Assembly: GCA_051294375.1 (NCBI GenBank)
Contig: JBJCIZ010000167.1
Coordinates: 1 to 22,591 of the forward strand
DNA from: Paraspadella gotoi
Taxonomy: Eukaryota > Animalia > Chaetognatha
DNA: 22,591 bases
Direction: 5' to 3'
Shown piece after piece: positions 20,650-22,591 of the stretch. Made by a program: the position numbers and the translations under genes. A model generated the notes under the pieces. It made no database searches. It was not told where the DNA came from and saw nothing but the letters and a program-made list of their open reading frames with translations. The stretch's first letter is position 1. The number at the start of each line of letters is the position of its first letter.

Positions 20650-20975
20650 GAAAGCACACGCTGCTTATTCTCAGAAATGTCCGCCGTATCAAATTCCTCC
20701 ACGCACGACGCAACTTTCGAAATTCGTAGCTTTAACCCGTAATCGTCGTCACGATCCGAGCGTCCACTCCGAACCGGAAGTGTCGTCGCACGCAGGCGAA
20801 ACCGGATATTGCGTGCATTCACACACGTGGGAAAATTTTGGGAAAAATTCGCACGCGTGAGAAAAAGGGGCGTGGCTGACCTTAGCCATCGACGATGCAT
20901 CGAAAAAAATCGATGGCTGGGAAACTAAATACCGATGAGTCAATATAACGCAATAATGCGGGGGCGTAACGAAAT
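20650..20975. promoter_or_regulatory. CpG-rich island with paired E-box-like motifs
   Basis: CpG-dense stretch within A-rich DNA. It contains the tandem attcacacacgtgggaaaa / attcgcacgcgtgagaaaa (CACGTG, CACGCG) at about 20817-20865 and ggggcgtgg near 20867-20875. Confidence 0.35.
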
Positions 20976-22084
20976 ATGATGAAATATAACGTTCTCCACC
21001 GTAAAATCGCGAAATAATGACGCAACGATAACGAAACAAAAAAATTCAATATTCTCTAAAAAAGGGAAAAAATATTAAAATTCGAAATATGGTCAAAGCA
21101 ATTAAAAATTTGTTCCAGCAAGAGTAGGCTGGTAGGGCCCGACTATCTTGTTGTCTTATTCTGTAATTATCTTCCACGTAACCTTCTCCCGCTCTTAGCC
21201 TATGAATAGTACACTCTTTCTTTACAATTTGTTGGTTAGCGAGACGATCGTCAACGTAACGAAAGCATGAACAGACTCGTCATGTAATAGTTCGTCCTTT
21301 TATGCTGATTTCATTAGTCGATCATAAGTGCAGGAAAATATCGGAATAAACTAATACATTAAACATAAACATTGATCAAAAAAAAATTTTGGCATTGAAG
21401 CGGGGCACCCATAAAAAAGGTTTGCTAAAGTGCAGAAAAAATAGGGAATCCGCGGTGAACGGACTAAAGTTAAAGATATAATATAACATATTCGCCGCGT
21501 TTTACAGGAAACCGAATCGTATTTCGGAGTCCCAACCCATACTCCGCACAGGAAGAATCCAGCTTTTCAGCTGAATTTGAATAAAACGAGAAAAAGCGAA
21601 ATAAACGAAGTAAAAATAACTATGATTAAATGAAAAAATAGTTAAATTCAAAAAGAGACGAGCTTTTCAGCTCCCAGAAAAAGAAAATAGCCTTAGAGAA
21701 AGGCTTTGAGCGCCTATGCATAAAGCAAAAAAAAGCCTAAGCCTATCAGGCGCGGGGGCCTGTTAACCATTTAGAGAAAAAATTTTACCCAAAAAAGAGC
21801 CAAGGCGGGCTCGCGCTCTGACGGATTTTAATTTACAAAAAATGTAAAAACGAAAAAAGTTAATTATAAAAATAAAAAACCAACGCGATTTCATTATAAT
21901 TAAACCCCCATAAAAACGCTCGGATAAAAAATTAAAAAACTCTAAATAATTAAAAAACTAACGCTCAAAAGCGTTTCTGAGATATGATAAAACCATTTCC
22001 TTTTCTGGCGACCGGACCATCGCTCTGAAAACAAAGAAAATACTTAATCGTCCGAAACAAAGACAAAACAAAAACAGAAAAGAC

Positions 22085-22366
22085 NNNNNNNNNNNNNNNN
22101 NNNNNNNNNNNNNNNNNNNNNNNNNNNNNNNNNNNNNNNNNNNNNNNNNNNNNNNNNNNNNNNNNNNNNNNNNNNNNNNNNNNNNNNNNNNNNNNNNNNN
22201 NNNNNNNNNNNNNNNNNNNNNNNNNNNNNNNNNNNNNNNNNNNNNNNNNNNNNNNNNNNNNNNNNNNNNNNNNNNNNNNNNNNNNNNNNNNNNNNNNNNN
22301 NNNNNNNNNNNNNNNNNNNNNNNNNNNNNNNNNNNNNNNNNNNNNNNNNNNNNNNNNNNNNNNNNN
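22085..22366. other. Assembly gap (282 N)
   Basis: Run of N. Confidence 0.99.
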
Positions 22367-22591
22367 TCTGGCCGTAGTACGGACGCAGACGAAAAAATTT
22401 ATAGAATTTAGAAAAAATCTATAATCTAGAGAGTAAACCTAACTAAAGAAACCGTTTCTTCATCGAACGTCGTCAGATGAAATTCCCAGAGAGAACCACT
22501 GACCCGGATGACGAACGACGACGCCAAACTATCCGTTGTGTTCTGAAAAATAAAAGGCACGAAATAAAACATTAAGAAATAAACAATATAA

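Noticed and set aside
17402-20971. Canonical solo LTR (ends resemble TGTAACACCC...GGGCGTTACA)
   Set aside because: The ends read CG..CG rather than TG..CA, and I find no PBS, PPT or exact TSD. It is kept only as an unclassified inverted-terminus finding.

Overview
AT-rich eukaryotic genomic DNA, probably animal (inferred only from the integrase type), and dominated by repeats. It looks like a noisy, gap-filled scaffold with two N gaps (12040-12064 and 22085-22366). The only protein I recognise is a Ty3/Gypsy LTR-retrotransposon integrase core (D18-D76-E112, D,D(35)E) in the 1625-2197 ORF, which is truncated and probably internally deleted. From about 6715 to 12039 there is a tandem array of about 10 monomers of about 525 bp. 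Each monomer is built from 40-50 bp subrepeats, and diagnostic variants suggest a 3-monomer higher-order repeat. Directly upstream is a promoter-like region and a canonical-looking 73-nt intron pointing into the array. The rest holds two fold-back (MITE-like) inverted repeats, a G-rich ~23-bp minisatellite, GAC/AAC and CT/GA low-complexity tracts, and an unexplained ~5 kb region (17.4-22.6 kb). That region has minus-strand splice-like signals, imperfect inverted termini and an FRYVDD motif. Most listed ORFs are low-complexity artefacts. I found no RNA genes, no CRISPR array and no intact host gene. All alignments were made by eye, so none of the candidate new systems is established.
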